Source of the DNA: an uncultured Collinsella sp.
Lineage (GTDB): Bacteria; Actinomycetota; Coriobacteriia; Coriobacteriales; Coriobacteriaceae
Reading direction: 5' to 3'
Length of the DNA: 64,000 bases
Assembly (NCBI GenBank): GCA_900540875.1
Contig: UQHT01000004.1
Span: forward strand, 28,972 to 92,971
Below the pieces are notes generated by a model. That model did no database searches, was not told the DNA's origin, and saw only the letters and a list, made by a program, of their open reading frames with translations. A program made the translations under genes and the position numbers. Below are positions 63,120-64,000 of the stretch, in pieces; within the stretch, counting starts at the first letter, position 1; the number at the start of each line of letters is the position of its first letter.

Positions 63120-63455
63120 ATGTGCGATTGCATCTTCTGTAAAATTGCCAACCACGAGATCCCCTCGACCGTTGTCTATGAGGACGACCAGGTCATCGCC
63201 TTCGACGACCTCAACCCGCAGGCGCCGGTCCACACGCTCGTGATCCCTAAGAAGCACTACAGCGACATCGCCGACAACGTACCCGCCGAGACCATGGGCG
63301 CCATAGCTCACGCCATCCAGGAGGTCGCCAAGGCCAAGGGTCTGGAGGACGGTTTCCGCGTCATCTCCAACAAGGGCGTCAACGCCGGCCAGACCGTCAT
63401 GCACTTCCACATGCACGTCCTCGGCGGCAAAAACCTGGGCGAGAACCTCATCTGA
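63120..63455 (+). CDS. HIT-family (histidine triad) nucleotide-binding protein
   Basis: HFHMHVLGG histidine triad. N-terminal CIFCKI. Confidence 0.85.
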   Translation: MCDCIFCKIANHEIPSTVVYEDDQVIAFDDLNPQAPVHTLVIPKKHYSDIADNVPAETMGAIAHAIQEVAKAKGLEDGFRVISNKGVNAGQTVMHFHMHVLGGKNLGENLI

Positions 63456-63496
63456 GGGCGCTTGGCCCGTCGACTTGGCTGCCTTTGGAGTAATCT

Positions 63497-64000
63497 ATGC
63501 AGCTTTCTCAACTCGAATACCTTCAAGCGGTAGCGAACTATGGCGGCGTGCGCAAAGCAGCTCGCGCCGTTCATGTGAGTCCGCAGGCCGTTTCGTCGGC
63601 AATCAAAAAGTTGGAATCTGAGTATCAGATTGTTTTGCTCGACCGATCGGCGGGGGAGGCTGTTTTGTCTCCGGCGGGCAGAGAGCTCGCACGTCGCGCA
63701 CGTATGATCCTGGCACAAGTCGACGATCTCAAAAAGTACGTTCAATCGAGGGGCGGCGGCGTTTCGCCCGATGGCCACTTTCGTCTTTACGCCCCCTGCC
63801 TTCATGGGCGGGGGTGCCTTTTTGCCGAAAGCTGGTATGACTCGTTTGAACGCTCGCACCCTCAGATTCACCTTGATGTGTGGCATCAGCCAACGGCTAC
63901 ATGCTTTGAATCACTTGTGCTTGGCATTTCGGATGCGGCTATCTCATTCGAGGAACCACGGGACAGCGTCCTTTCTTCAAAATATTTGGGTGAAAAGGAG
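63497..64000 (+). CDS. LysR-family transcriptional regulator (partial, continues past window end)
   Basis: N-terminal MQLSQLEYLQAVANYGGVRKAARAVHVSPQAVSSAIKKLE LysR HTH. GGAG RBS. No stop before position 64000. Confidence 0.7.
   Translation, partial: MQLSQLEYLQAVANYGGVRKAARAVHVSPQAVSSAIKKLESEYQIVLLDRSAGEAVLSPAGRELARRARMILAQVDDLKKYVQSRGGGVSPDGHFRLYAPCLHGRGCLFAESWYDSFERSHPQIHLDVWHQPTATCFESLVLGISDAAISFEEPRDSVLSSKYLGEKE

Noticed and set aside
1-64000. Scan for rRNA, tRNA, integrase/transposase or a CRISPR array
   Set aside because: I saw none. No repeat-spacer arrays, no tyrosine or serine recombinase-like ORFs, no rRNA-like conserved blocks.

Overview
This is a high-GC chromosomal segment from a Gram-positive actinobacterium. 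The LPXTG-anchored protein, the DapH/N-acetyl-DAP lysine route, a D-aspartate ligase plus aspartate racemase pair and the Shine-Dalgarno usage point to a Coriobacteriia-like organism (inference only). I read about 65 coding regions. They include a YolD plus Y-family polymerase cassette, pgi, two HAD hydrolases, and an extended fructosamine (Amadori) utilisation locus under a GntR regulator. There is an SdpR/SdpI-like pair, ettA, a BglG antiterminator with a PTS EIIBC and a RAT/terminator, nadE, ldh, and a lysine riboswitch-controlled lysA-dapA(fused)-dapB-dapH operon with a divergent M20 deacetylase. Further along are HigBA, a Ser/Thr kinase neighbourhood, the cell-wall D-Asp machinery, an ECF transporter operon, an LPXTG C69 dipeptidase, rnd, xseAB, a HIT protein and a partial LysR gene. 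No tRNA, rRNA, CRISPR or obvious IS or transposon was seen.

The most interesting signals:
- A 22-codon leader peptide with three consecutive Trp codons and a strong Shine-Dalgarno sits in the 5' leader of the ECF S-component operon. Between the leader and the transporter start there is a strong intrinsic terminator bracketed by a 22-nt inverted repeat. This looks like a tryptophan attenuator on an ECF tryptophan transporter.
- A roughly 150-nt structured repeat family occurs in three copies, each directly after a stop codon (ettA, dapH, rnd) in gene orientation. Its long-range helix shows compensatory base changes between copies.
- A second short hairpin motif with a conserved AACCTGTCCC core occurs at five sites.
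- lysA and dapA share one reading frame with an internal Shine-Dalgarno plus ATG for dapA.
- The BtpA-like gene has its conserved N-terminal motif encoded upstream of the first usable start, behind an in-frame TAA.
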